64,000 nt of DNA. Source: the human T2T-CHM13v2.0 reference genome, Homo sapiens. A program made the translations under genes and the position numbers. The stretch lies in NCBI RefSeq assembly GCF_009914755.1, contig NC_060935.1; one strand, 5' to 3'. Shown piece by piece: positions 1 through 14,559 of this stretch. The first letter of the stretch is position 1, and each line of letters begins with the position of its first letter. The notes under the pieces were generated by a model. That model saw nothing but the letters and a program-made list of their open reading frames with translations. It had not been told where the DNA came from and made no database searches.

Positions 1-267
1 GGCCTCCTAAAGTGCTGGGATTATAGGCATAAGCCACTGCTCCCAGCCTAGGTGTTTCAAACATAACGTTAAAATAGAATTTTTAATTTTTCACCCCTGT
101 ACTAACTCTGTTCCCTCATCTTGGTAAATGGTCCCATTATCTATTCATTTGCTCAACTCAAATGCTAGAATCAGACTTATTTCTCTTATTCCTTCATCTC
201 TACCATCACCCCTGCCCCTGTACCTCCAACTAATGCGGTCTTGATTCTACCTCCAAAGGATATTCTA

Positions 268-934
<667 letters not shown>

Positions 935-2757
935 TCATCTTTGAACTCATCACTGTTCCCCAGTTTCTCCCGTACATCCCAGTCCAGCCCCAGCCTCTGG
1001 AGTTATCTTTCTACACCATGGATCTGATCACAGTACACCTGCTTTACGGATGTCCAAGCCTCCTCCATGGTAAAGTCCTCCCTTCCTACCCCTTACTGAG
1101 GCTGCTGGGGCTTTTCTCAATTTGAGCCCCATCTACCGCCGGCCTCATTGGAGCCATTCTTTGAACTTCATTCATTCATTTGTGTCTTCAACACATGTTT
1201 TTATGTTTTTTCAGGACCTACCCTGGCTGGTACTGTGCTGGGAGCCGCTGGGGACCCCAGGCCCTGGCCGGTCCACGCTTCTCAGCCACCCTACACAGGC
1301 CACCCATACGTGCTCCCTTTTAGGGCCTGAACCTTCAAAGCCTCTGTGAGATACTCCCTGGTTCTGCCTTTCAGCTATCACTCCCTGCTCCGAGCTCCAC
1401 ACCCTTTACAAATGTTCATTAAAGTTATCTATATGGTATGTTAATCCATTTCTGAGAAAATAATTTTCTTGGTTCCATTTCCGTCAACGTTTGACAGTCC
1501 TCAAGGCCACCATACTCTCTGGAGGTCTTGCTTCATCCTCTTATTTTGTACAGAAGGCTTTTGTTTGGGATGTCTGCTCACACTCAAAGACAGAGAGGCC
1601 TTACTGTCTTTATGTCTGCAGTCTGTGGAGTGAATGAAGGATGCTCAGGGCTGACACCAGCATGAAATGTGATGGGAGAGGTTGGGGACTGTGTGAATGT
1701 GAGGAAAGGGAGCCCATCTGCCCCCCCAAGTACAACCCCACCAGTTGGGCAGAGTGATCCCCCCACCACCCCTGCATTGCTGTGAAATTTAGATTGGGCA
1801 GGGCCCGTTTGACCATCTCTCTCAATCTCAGGCTCTCCATTTTCAAGTGAGATGTAATAATATGCGTCCTGTTTACCTCTCAGCCTGTGATGAGAATCTA
1901 ATGATTAGGGTGTGCTAGCACACAGGCACCTGTAAATCCCATTGAAATCTGAGGGCCCTATAACTCCTCTAGTGATTCCCAAGCCTCGTGCACCCCACCC
2001 TCTCTGTTCATCCTTACTTCCCACGTGTCCCGTTAGCCCTCCGGATGCAGTCAGGCCCATTTCCCCCAGGACGCCCGGCACTAAGCCGCCCCATCCAGCT
2101 GGGGTCTGAGGGGCCTGTCTCTTGCCCCACGCCTAAAAGACCTAACCCTCCTCCTATCCCTTCGATACGGCAGTCTTTATTTGCTGGAGTCTGCACAACA
2201 TCACTGCCCAATGATGTGTCTGCTTCCACGATTCCCAAAGAGACTGAGCTTACTGAGACCAGGGCAAGGACCGCGCCAGTTCCTCATCGCCCCCTTCCTC
2301 TGCCTTCCCCTCCCTTCCCCCTCACCGCAGCCATGGCGCCCAGACCAAGAAAGCAGAGCAGAGGTTCCGCAATTCTTTTCTAAGATTGTCTGACTAGAGG
2401 GTTCAAAGCCCTCTAATCCAAGGCCGGCTTGTGTCTCTAGGGAGGTTGCAGAAAGGCGCCAGAATGTGGATGGCGCGGACAATGTGGGATACTGGAGTCT
2501 CGACTGCCGCGCGCCAAGGAAGGGCGTCACCTAGCCAAGCCGGCCCTGGAGTTGAGTGCCCCGCAGCCCGCCGGTCCACCCGCCCGGCCGCTTGCTGGCA
2601 CCCTGGTGGCCGCGCCGGCTTTGTGTCGGCATCAGGTGCAAACCCCCAGAGCGCCGGGCGTGCGCGCACGCGCCCCGGAGCGCGCGGAGCCCATTCGTTG
2701 CCCCCACCGGGATCTCCTCTAGGATCTCCTCCGGCGCCCGGGGCCGGAGAGTGGGGG

Positions 2758-2770
2758 AGGGAGGAGGTCG
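2758..2770 (+). promoter_or_regulatory. DR-1-like nuclear receptor element (PPAR/RXR type), AGGGAG-g-AGGTCG
   Basis: Two imperfect AGGTCA half-sites with a 1-nt spacer; fits my recollection of the described FADS2 promoter DR-1. Confidence 0.55.
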
Positions 2771-2873
2771 GACACGTAGCCTGCCTCGCAGCAGGGCTCG
2801 ACTCCACGCGGGAGGGCGGGGGAGCCGGGGACCCGCCGCTCCAGCCCGCTGGCCTTCGAAAGATCCTCCTGGG

Positions 2874-2924
2874 CCAATGGCAGGCGGGGCGACGCGACCG
2901 GATTGGTGCAGGCGCTCTGCTGAT
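2874..2924. promoter_or_regulatory. NF-Y/SRE module: CCAAT (2874-2878), inverted CCAAT (2902-2906), SRE-like ATCAGCAGAG on the - strand (2915-2924)
   Basis: Motifs read directly; NF-Y plus SRE pairing is typical of SREBP-regulated lipogenic promoters. Confidence 0.6.
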
Positions 2925-3322
2925 CGCTGTGGAAACTCGGGCGGCGGGGAACGCGGGAGGATGTGGAACCCGAGGCGGGGGGAGCCGGAGGGGCGGGCAG
3001 AGGAGGTGTCGAGGCCCTGAGCTCCCGGGGAGTTTTTACTGGAGGCAAAAGTCCATAGCGGGAGGGCTGAGGGAGGGGCGGAGGAAGGGGACCGCTTGGG
3101 GGCACTGGGAAGCCAGGGATCCTCCGCCAGGAAGGCAGGGACACTCCCGAGCGCAGGCGAGAAGGCTGGGGGAGGGGGCGCGGTGGGAGGAGTAGGAGAA
3201 GACAAAAGCCGAAAGCGAAGAGGGCCCGGGCTGCACACACCGGCTGGGAGGCAGCCGTCTGTGCAGCGAGCAGCCGGCGCGGGGAGGCCGCAGTGCACGG
3301 GGCGTCACAGTCGGCAGGCAGC

Positions 3323-3529
3323 ATGGGGAAGGGAGGGAACCAGGGCGAGGGGGCCGCCGAGCGCGAGGTGTCGGTGCCCACCTTCAGCTGGGAGGAGATT
3401 CAGAAGCATAACCTGCGCACCGACAGGTGGCTGGTCATTGACCGCAAGGTTTACAACATCACCAAATGGTCCATCCAGCACCCGGGGGGCCAGCGGGTCA
3501 TCGGGCACTACGCTGGAGAAGATGCAACG
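3323..3529 (+). CDS. FADS2: FADS2 exon 1 coding part (207 nt; cytochrome b5 domain with HPGG)
   Basis: [69 protein letters not shown], then donor GTAAGG at 3530. Confidence 0.98.
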
Positions 3530-6357
3530 GTAAGGGTCTGGGGGCGCCCCAGCCACCCTTCTCTGCTGCAGGCGGAGTCAGGATCCCTGGCTCCCCGTGG
3601 GCCAAACAGACCTCCGGCGCTGAATGGAGCTTGGGACGTCCTGTAGGGAAGGAAAGTGCATCTATTGCACTCGTACCCCCTCCCCAATCCTCCTCCTCCT
3701 CTGGGCCGACTGGGGTGGAGACCGGATCTGGGACCCGGGGAGGCGGCGCTGCGGTGAAAGTCCCAGCGGTGGAGAACAGGGCAAGCATCTACCGCGCGCG
3801 CCGGGACCCACGCGTCCTCCCCTTCCTCGGGGTTTGTCTGGAGGCAGGGACTCCCCAAGAGGGGCGCTCGGGCCAGACGGCTTTGGCGCCCCCAGCGGGG
3901 AAGATGGCCGCCCCTGCGCGCCGCTGAAAGGAGCGGGAGCGCAGGCAGCCAGGTGTGGGACTCCGCGCTTGTCCCGCACTCTCCATCCAGACTGGGTGGC
4001 GAGAAGGAAAGCTCGTCCCCGGCCGGAGATCGCTCCTGCTGGGACTCTTGTCTAAGAAGTTCCTCAATGGCCACCTGGGAAAAACCGCCCAGCAGCTCGG
4101 GTTCCCACGCTCCAGGGATTATCTAGACTCACCCCAAGCTCGAGCCGGCCTTCTTGGGGACCGGCGTCCGGGATTGGTGGAAGGAGAACGGCCTGGGGTT
4201 TGCAAAGCCCAGGTCGAGTGAGGCCTTGAGCCGGTGGATTTAGCAGCACTAGACTGGCTTGGCAACAGGTCCGTCTGCACTCGAGGTTACTCTCGGGCGT
4301 TCAACTCAATGGCTCTCTCTTTTTAAATCCTGCCAAGAACACCCTTCCCTCATCTTGCACTCCTAAAGGTTGTGGGCCTCTCTGGAGCCATTGCTGCCCA
4401 CCTTACCCCCACCAAATGCGTGGCTCAGTGATTACCCCGCACCAGCTACCCGCACCGGGGACCCCAGTCTGAAATCCTGGCATTTATTTAAGGATGCAGC
4501 TGGTATCCCATGGATTCGAATGGGCCAGAAGGAAAAGAACAGAGGCAAGGAGGGAAGAAAGGGCGGCTTTTGGTGGTGGTAGTGAATTGGATGCAGAGAA
4601 AAAAGGTCTGATGGGATACAGAAATTGGGGAAAGTGAATAGGAGAGAGGCAGAAAGGAGGGATGAACTTGACGTAGATCATTCCACCTGGAGGTCTAGGA
4701 TGCCCAACTGTTGGTGGGCTTTTGCTCTCTAAGCTGTGTAGGCCCGACCCTTAACTTCCCCACCTCTTGCATCTCATGGAGACAGGCCTAGGGGAAGGCC
4801 AGACCAGGCCACCATAACCCAAGCTGGACAATGGACAGGTGGTGTGGGCCAGCAGGGCCAGGGCTTATCTAAGATTGGGAAGGTCAGCGATACTGAAATT
4901 CCCTACAGCTTTCAGTCCCATCCTGTTTTACTTGCTTGTGGACATTGCTTAAGCCCAGTGGGTTTGTGATGCTATTTAGAACTTAGGTGGGTATGTTTCA
5001 CATACCTTCAGTGCTATCTCACCTGGACCTTTACGCGGCCCAGTGAGGAGGTTGGGTTAATGTAACTCCTAAGTAAAGGACCTTCTGGATCCTGGCTGGG
5101 ATCTTTCCACTATATGTTGCTGGACTTGGGCTGGTCTGTTTCTGATTTCATAGGTAAATTGTAGAAGGTTCCTGTCCTGTCCAGGCCCTCACCAAAAAGT
5201 TTCCAGAAGGAAAAGTCAAATACGATGAATTTGGTCTGATTATTCCACATTGTTAAACATATTTTCTTATGTGAACGCTTAGTCTGGCAATTGCCTTGAC
5301 CTTTCTGGTTTAATTACCATATCAGATTGATTTATTTCTTCCTTGTTCTGGATGTTCTCAGTGCTTACCTGACCTTAACACTGAGTTCCCTCCAAAAATC
5401 AGTGCTCACATCTCTCCTAACAGAGGACTAGAATGACCTACTCTTCCCTGACCTTTTCTCTGTCTCATAAAAATGTAATAGTCTCGTCATTTCTGGTCCT
5501 GCTCCAGCGCTTTCTGTATAACTTTCATGGACTATAAATCTGGTATCTTGGATGTTGGTTGCTTTGTTACTTTCATAAGCTAGGGTGGGAGCCAACCGGG
5601 GCTGCAAACAGATCTAGAATTGAAGAAAGATGTCATTACTGGGCTCATCCACTAAGTGTTGTCACTTGACTGAGCCCCATCTCCTCATCTATAAGGTACA
5701 CCTGTACCTGTTTCAATGAGACTGATTTGTGGCAAAGCACCCAGCAACTGTAACCACTAGATGAATGCAATGGGGTGTTATCAGGCAAACGGGAATAAGA
5801 ACAAGTATTATGAAACAGCTAGAATGGAAAGTATGCAAAGAGGAATTTGAAGAAAAAATTTAAATCTATGCTAGCTTTATTTGGTGTAGCAACACGTAAA
5901 AGCAATCCCTGTCCCCAGAGCTTCCTGTCTTCTAAAATAAGACTTTTGGGGCATGAAATACACGAACTGGGGATACAGATTTGAATGATGGTGATGATGG
6001 AGTGAGCAGCTGGGTTCTCTTTGTTTTGTTTTGTTTTTTTAAACTGTCCAGGACCAGGTTGGAAAAAGGCCTTGAGCAGCGTGGGGTGGGTGGGGCATGT
6101 GGAAAGGGGACCTAAAGAGAGAAGCAGGAACAGGCTACTGAAATCCAGAGACCCTTGCCTAGGCTGTTGAGCAAGTGGCTTTGCCCCTTGGGGTGATGGT
6201 TTGTCCCCCAGAGCATGGGGAGTGACAATTTATGGACCAGGCACAGTCTGGGGAGGGACTGATCAGAAGACAGTTTGGATTCCCTGCAACATTCCCAGGC
6301 AATGTTCTGAGCCCATCACAGTGCAGTCATTCCTAACACAAGGCTGGAAACAGGTCG

Positions 6358-6420
6358 GAAGTCAAGGTAGCCATTCTTGGGACAATCCTCGAAGTCAGGG
6401 AAGCCATTCTCGGGACAATC
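6358..6420. repeat. 33-bp tandem duplication, ~2 copies
   Basis: gaagtcaaggtagccattcttgggacaatcctc followed by gaagtcagggaagccattctcgggacaatc. Confidence 0.85.
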
Positions 6421-9400
6421 AGGGGCCTCAATAGGGCATTTTCTTTTTTTTGAAGAGCAAAAGATCCAGGTAGTCAAGATCCATCTCCCTAGAAGGATGG
6501 GGCAACTGTTACGTGGTCCTTCCACAGAAGCTAAACCCTGACCTTGCCTATAATAATGCAAGTTGCTTGATTTTTGCAACTTACAAAACACATTCATATG
6601 TATCACTTCATTTCATACTCGGATCAGCCCCGTAGGCATCTCTCACTGCTCTGAGGTATCAAACCTGGCTTAAGTGGCAGTGCTCAGACTTAAACTCAGA
6701 ATCTGACCTCAAGTCCTCCCCTCCCAGCTTCCTTCCCTTCCTGTTGCTACCTCTGATCTCTTCCCTTTGGTACTGCGGTGCTTCTCTCGCCTTTTCCTTG
6801 CTGTGGGCAAAAGGAACCCTCACCCGCGCCCTAAGAGCGTGTCTGCTCTTTTCACAGCAGTCCCACCACTGCAGAACTGTTCATCTTCAGCGACAATTCA
6901 TCAAACATTAATTGAGTGTCTCCATGGCTCTGAGCTGGGCCCAGACACAGAGATGAATTATTCACAGACAGAGACCTGAAGCTGTGGGATGTGCTCCCCC
7001 TGCTCTCTCTCAAGCTGGGGCTTGGATCTGGACCCTCTGCCTCTAGACATCAGCCCCCTACCCCTAGCCCTTGTCTCAGCAACTGTTCCTGCCCGGTCTG
7101 CATTGGTGACCTCTTAGAATCAAGGGAAGGTGAGAAGAGACCAGAGGTTTGTTCCACCTTTCAACCTGCTCCTATGTTATTCTTGTGAAAACGCAACAGA
7201 TCGAAAGTGGAACTCTGGCCTCCTTTGCACGGGGCAGGAGGGTTGTAGTATTTAGAGGCAGGAGACCTGGGTTCCAGCCCCAGCTTTATGAATTCCCAGG
7301 CCTGGAGGGCAGCTCCATCTCCCCAGCTGAGATCTGGGTGGGAGCTGTCCAATTTCTGTGGCTGTAGCCTCAGCATCCCCAGGAAGCAGTTCTGAGATGA
7401 AAGTGGAGAATGGCATCAATTTCTTCATGCCCAGGTTGCCTTTGTAGGGGCCTGTCTCCTGTGCAGCCCTGCCTTTCTGCCCTCAGGGTAGTGCATGGAC
7501 CCTGTGTTATGGGGGAGGCTCTCACTGCGGGGCTCTTTGGCCACAGAGCACTGCCCCACCAGCCTCCATTGCTTCTTTCCTTGGAGGGGACATGGCATAG
7601 GGGCTTCCTGCCCTGCCTGCCTCTCTCTGCTGCAGAAAGGAAGTCAGCATCCCTGTCTTGCTCTTCATTTCCACTGGAGAATGCGAGGATCCCTCCTGTG
7701 CATCTCCACACTCTTAGATCACTTGTTCCATAAAGTTCTGGTCCGCAGGGCTGCCACCTACTGCACTGTGTGCCCTGTGCTTGCCCGTGCTGCACTTCCC
7801 ACATCCTAGGCAAAGTGCCCAGTTGTGCAGCATTCGATCAGAGATTAGCCTTGCTCCCCAGAGGACATGGGCACGGCCATAAACAAATCCTGGCACCAGG
7901 TGCTCAGTGGATGGCGAGCAACTGTGAGTTGTACCCAGAGTGGGGCAGGGGCAGGGAAAATGTCCCTGTGGAGAAGTTGACTGGCATCAGACCTGGGTGA
8001 TGGCAGAAGCAGGAACTGGCAAAGAGCGAAGTGTGACAAGCGCTTCAGAATCAGGGTGTTCTGACCTCCCCACCTCACACACCTGCCCTGCCGAGGCGGG
8101 TGCATCTCTGCTTTCTCCACCTGTTTACCAATCCTTTCTCTTCCCCATGTCCCGGGTCCTCTTCCTGGAAAGTCTCTGGCTTCTCTCCCGTTACACTAGG
8201 ATAGAGCCTGGTTCCAATTCTTGGTCCAAAGACAAAGTTTGGGTTGGCCCTCCCTTGCCTTGAATCCTGGTCTGCCTTATACCTGCCAGATATTTCTGTA
8301 ACCCGGCAGGTGCTGGAAACCTTCTGCCAGCGTTTGAGACACATTTATGGCAATGTGAAGGGAGAGACACAAAATATAATCAACTCTCAGGGAGGAGGAC
8401 ACTCATGTTGAGGGAAGCCTTTGTATGAACAGCGGGCAATGCTCAAGGTAGCCACATGTGACTCAAACTCTACTCAGCTCATTCCCGAGTGTGATAGTGG
8501 GCAGGTGGCTCTGCCAACCTACGCCTGATTTCTTATCTCTAAAAAAGGACCTGCCTCACGAAGTTTGGTAAAGATGCCTGGCTGATGTATGCAAGCCACT
8601 CCCATGGCCCCGTGGCTCGCCTGCGTCACCTCAGCAGGTGGCAGCTGTAGCAACCACCAGCGTGGGGATGCCGGAGAAGGCTTTTGGTGTTCCAGAGGCA
8701 GAAGCCAAGTTGTGTGAAACGCGGAAGAGGACAAGTGTCTGGTCATGACTGCACAGTGGGAAAGTATGAGATCAGAGTGTGTGCAGCTGTGGGGTCCTGG
8801 GTCCATTTATTCCCTCGTGAGCCATCTTATTAGGCCCCGTTACAGGCACTGTGTTTATTGCAGCGAACAAGACAGGTGCAGGCCTTCCCAACTGGGGTTT
8901 ATGCTCCAGCGGGGGACGCAGGCCATAAACAAGTGGGTACGTCACGCAGTCTGATGACGAACCTTGATGACTGCTATGAAGATCTAACAGGGCAATGACC
9001 CAGGGAAGGCCCAGGGCTGGGAGAGCTCTTTTGGATGTGATGTTGGGAAAAGCCTCTTGGAGGTGATGTTGAGGCTGAGTCCCGAATGGAGGCAGCCCTG
9101 GTGTGGAAAGGAGCGTGGTATGTTCAAGGGCGGTCCGCACCAGGCCTGCTCGGAAAGCTGCCACACTGACCATGGGCAAGGAGCTGATCCAACAGACTGC
9201 TCGGTTTTCTAAAACGGCAGGAAGCGTGTGGCACGTGAGAAAAGAGTCCTTAGAGGCAGATGGACCTGGATTTGATCCTGGCTCTGCCACCTGGAGCCCA
9301 GGACTTTGCTTCCTGAGCTCCTGCATCTTCACCTCAGAAGTTGGGGCTTGAGGCCTAAGGGAGTAACATGAGCAACACTCCTGGCTCCCTGCCTGGCGCA

Positions 9401-9692
9401 TGCCCATTACCCCTGGGCTCAGGGAGGTGAGGCTGCCCGAGAGCCCTCTGGAAATGGCTGAGCAGCAACCAAGGTCAAGGCAGGGCTCGTCATCTGTCTG
9501 CTCCCTTGGAGTTGGAACCTCGACTGCAGGGTTCGGGTGTTGGGGAGGCAGCAGGAGTGGAGATGAGTCTATTTGCAAGCCATTGAGTCTTGCCTTTCAA
9601 TGAGACAAGAGGAATCCATTAGTTATCAGCCACTGCAGCTGCTTCTCAGGAAACTGCCTTACCAGGGACTTCCTGTTCATTTCTCAAAGGCC

Positions 9693-9837
9693 GTGGTGTG
9701 ATGTGAGGAGGACCAATGAAGGGGCTTTTTCAGGCCCAGCCCTGGGCCCTGACTTTGGCAGCTCCTCCGGGCCTCTCCCAGGGCCTTGCTCATTTTGCAT
9801 AGGCGGCTGAGGCTCTGGTGGGGACTGATCACCCCAC
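9693..9837. promoter_or_regulatory. FADS2 intron 1 sterol-responsive module: SRE-like ATCACACCAC (-, 9693-9702), CCAAT (9713-9717), exact SRE-1 ATCACCCCAC (+, 9828-9837)
   Basis: Exact match to the LDLR SRE-1 decamer, plus a 9/10 copy and an NF-Y box. Confidence 0.75.
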
Positions 9838-9869
9838 CCAGAGCCAGCAAAGCTGGTCACCACTGCAAC

Positions 9870-10020
9870 CCTGGGCTCCTCCCTGCCCGCACCCTGGGCC
9901 TCCTCCCTGCCTGCCCCCCCACCCCAGCCCTCCTCCCTGCCTGCCCCCAGGGCCTCCTCCCTGCCTCCCCAGGGACTTCTCCCTGCCTCCCCAGGGACTT
10001 CTCCCTGCCTCCCCAGGGCC
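9870..10020. repeat. C-rich minisatellite with ~6 imperfect units around CTCCCTGCC; two exact 22-mers ACTTCTCCCTGCCTCCCCAGGG at 9975-9996 and 9997-10018
   Basis: Read directly. Confidence 0.9.
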
Positions 10021-10227
10021 CTGGAATAGCACGTCTCTTTTCCCTGAAAATACTCTTGACCTGATCCTCTGCTACCATCCCTTTTCGGCTCGGCTAGTGG
10101 GTCACAGGCATTTTTTAAGAAACCGTGGGCCCAGTTTTCTCCTGCACGAAGTGTTGCTTTGTCAGTCTGTTCTAGACACAAATAGAACAAAGACCAAGCA
10201 AAGGACTTGATGCCAGCAATGCAGTAA

Positions 10228-11598
<1,371 letters not shown>

Positions 11599-12709
11599 TC
11601 AAGAGTTGCAGTTTTTATATCATTTTAGTCTCTTTTAATCTAGACCATGCTTCCGTACTTTTGTTTTTTCCACAAACTTGTATGTTTTTCCCCAGCTATA
11701 TTGATTTTTCTGATTGTTTCTCATGGTGGAGTTTGACTGGTTTGCCAATCCTACCAATGTCTGGAAGCTTGATTTGATGCAGATTACACAGTGTTCACCA
11801 CTGGGACATTCTATTGCATCCCCTCAGGGGAGCCTGGTGCTGGCTCATCTCTAATAGAAATACTAGATTTTTTATGAGATAATTCATGTAATATGCATAA
11901 TATGTATAGAAAAAAGCTGGAAGGAAAAATGCTAAAATATTAGCAATAATGACCACTTTCTGGGTGATATTTATTTTCCTCTTTATTCTGCTGTGCCTTT
12001 TCTAACTTGGCCAAAACTCAGCACGTTTTTACTTTATAATTGGGAAAAAAAGATTAAAATGTGTATCATTATAGCAGTGTTAGAGTTTGGAAAGTAATGA
12101 AAATAAAGCAAGGCATAATCCAGCTACCTTAACATGTGCAATAATAGCCTAGATCCTCCTAGGCTTTTTTTCAGGAACGCTTTTTACATAATTCTGTGTT
12201 TATTTTTTTATTTACTTCATCACAGCACATTTCCAGTGCCAAGGTAGTATTCGGTCTTGTCCTTTTCATTGACCACCCTGGACATGTAGGTGAGGAACTA
12301 GTAAGAGATGGTGGGTGGTGTGGTTTGTGCACCATGCAAGGCACTCAGCTCACGAGCAGTCGAGGCTCAAGTCCTCCCTGAGCCCCGTGTCTGCCTGGTG
12401 CGCCTTCCTGGAGGGTCACCATTTCCCGACCTGCCCAAAGGCAGCCTATGCATCTATTCACAAACCCCTGGGGAGTGTAGCATGCCTGCACCAGCACAGA
12501 AGCCCAGGTGGCTGTTGCCATTGGCGTTGGGCACTGAGGGCTCTGTCCTGGAAAAATGCTGGAGACGGCATTTGGGGCCAGATCACAGGAGACCCCGTTT
12601 GGTGTCTGGGTGCACACATGGAGCTGTTGCTGGTGAGCACTGTCCTCCTTGGGGCCCAAGAGCAGACAGAGTTCAGGTCTTAGCCTCATCACTGCCCTCT
12701 GCTCTCCAG

Positions 12710-12820
12710 GATGCCTTCCGCGCCTTCCACCCTGACCTGGAATTCGTGGGCAAGTTCTTGAAACCCCTGCTGATTGGTGAACTGGCCCCGGAGGAGCCCA
12801 GCCAGGACCACGGCAAGAAC
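12710..12820 (+). CDS. FADS2: FADS2 exon 2 (111 nt)
   Basis: ctccag|GAT GCC TTC; [37 protein letters not shown]; donor gtaagt. Confidence 0.98.
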
Positions 12821-14249
12821 GTAAGTCTGGCTTGCAACCTGGGTGGGGGTGGAGACGAGGCTGGGGGTGGCTGGGAGTCTGAGAGAGGCTCCCCTTGCCC
12901 CATGACCAGTAACTGGGGCTGAGGCAGGGGTGCTTTTGTCCTGGAGGAGCCACTGTGGTTCACCTGTGTTCAGGGAGGGCCTCAGAGCCTCCCTGGGAGC
13001 CGGGGTTTGACAACAACTAGTGGCGTCTCCTCTCTCCTGGCCAGTTTCATTTTCCTTCTCCTCCATCCCTTTCCAGGAAGGTGCCAGATGACAATCTAGG
13101 GGAAAGACAGGACAGAAACACCGAAAAATGTCATTTGATGACAAGAGTGGCTTTGGGGTGTGTGGTCCGGGGCACCTCTTTGAGAAAGAATGACCATTCC
13201 CTGGTCATCTGTTCATTGTCTGCAGGTCAGACGCCCCCCTGGGTGCTGGGCTTCCAGGACAGCCATGTGTGAAAATAGCAACCCCTGAGGTCTCATGGGC
13301 TGTTGTTTTGTTCAACAATGAAGTCTCCATGTAAATGGCGGAGCCGTTTATAGAAGAAAGTTGGGACAGGAGGCAGGGGCAGGGCAGGACGGGGAGGAGA
13401 GTTGTTACAAGGAGAGGAGTGGTACCCACAGGCTGTGACCAGGGTGGTCATGGAAGTCCCACCCTGGCCTCAGCAAGCTCTTCCTCCTCTTGTTGCCAGC
13501 CTGGGCCAGACCCCTCTGTTTAGCAGAGCCAGGGCAGGACCAGGGTCTCTCCCGGCCTGGACTCTTGGCCAGTCCCCCACCACCCCCATTGCCTCTGGCT
13601 TTCCTGATGAGCTGCGGGCCACCCTGCAGGTCCTTCAAAGGCCAATGCCCCTCCTCTCACCTTGCCCTCCATGGCACATGAGATCACCTGCCCTGTACCC
13701 ATGCCAGCCCATGCTTGTCCCCTCCTGCCTCCTTCGCAAGTGGGTCCATCTCCCACTCTCACCTCCAGCACCTCCTGGCCTGCGGCTTCCCCAGCTCTGC
13801 TCGTCCTGCCCTGTAGCTCCCTTGTCCATGGCCTTGCTCCTTGGCTCTCTCCACTGCTCTCCCTTTCTGCTGCAGATCCTGCACCATTTAGCATCCAAGC
13901 TCCCACCAGGCACCACCAGAACCACCCTTCATAGCACCTTGGTCATGCCCTGTGGGTACCGCTCCTCTCCTTGTATCCACTCTCCTCCCCGTCCGGCCCT
14001 GCCCCTGCCTCTTGTCCCAAGTTCCTTCTTCCTCGCAATGCCATTGTGTTCCCAGGGCCCTCCTTGACTCCGCTTTGCCTCCCTGGCTCCATGTGCCCGG
14101 GACTCACAGCCCCCTCCTGCCTGCCTCAGCTCGCCCTCCTGCGCTAGTTTGTGTCGCCCCCAACTCAACCCCTCAAGACCCAACAGTGTGCGCAGAGCAA
14201 GTGGTGCTCTGTTTGGTGGTGGAAAATGCAAGTTTTATTTTTCTTTTCT

Positions 14250-14529
14250 TTTCTTTCTTTCTTTTTTTTTTTGAGATGGAGTTTTGCTCTTGTTACCCAG
14301 GCTGGAGTGCAGTGACACCATCTCGGCTCACTGCAACCTCCGCCTCCAGGTTCAAGCAGTTCTCCTGCCTCAGCCTCCCATGTAGCTGGGATTACAGGTG
14401 CCCATCATCATGCCTGGCTAATTTTTGTATTTTTAGTAGAGATGGAGTTTCACTATGTTGGCCAGGCTGGTCTCGAACTCCTGACCTCAGGTGATCTGCC
14501 TGCCTCGGCCACCCAAAGTGCTGGGATTA
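14250..14529 (-). mobile_element. Antisense Alu
   Basis: Alu consensus. Confidence 0.9.
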
Positions 14530-14559
14530 AAGTTTTCTTTTTTAAAAAAGTGTGGTCAA

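Larger units (their letters stand above)
2430..4170. promoter_or_regulatory. FADS2: CpG island / FADS2 promoter spanning exon 1
   Basis: Abrupt rise in GC and CpG density, several GGGCGG boxes, no obvious TATA box, surrounds the ATG at 3323; boundaries approximate. Confidence 0.9.

Noticed and set aside
3293-3322. In-frame GTG 10 codons upstream of the FADS2 ATG
   Set aside because: The ORF caller accepts GTG; the ATG at 3323 has strong context (agcATGG) and gives the known N-terminus
2431-4074. Long overlapping ORFs (150-255 aa) on both strands around the promoter
   Set aside because: Expected stop-codon depletion in a CpG island; low-complexity Gly/Pro/Arg/Ala translations with no recognisable domain
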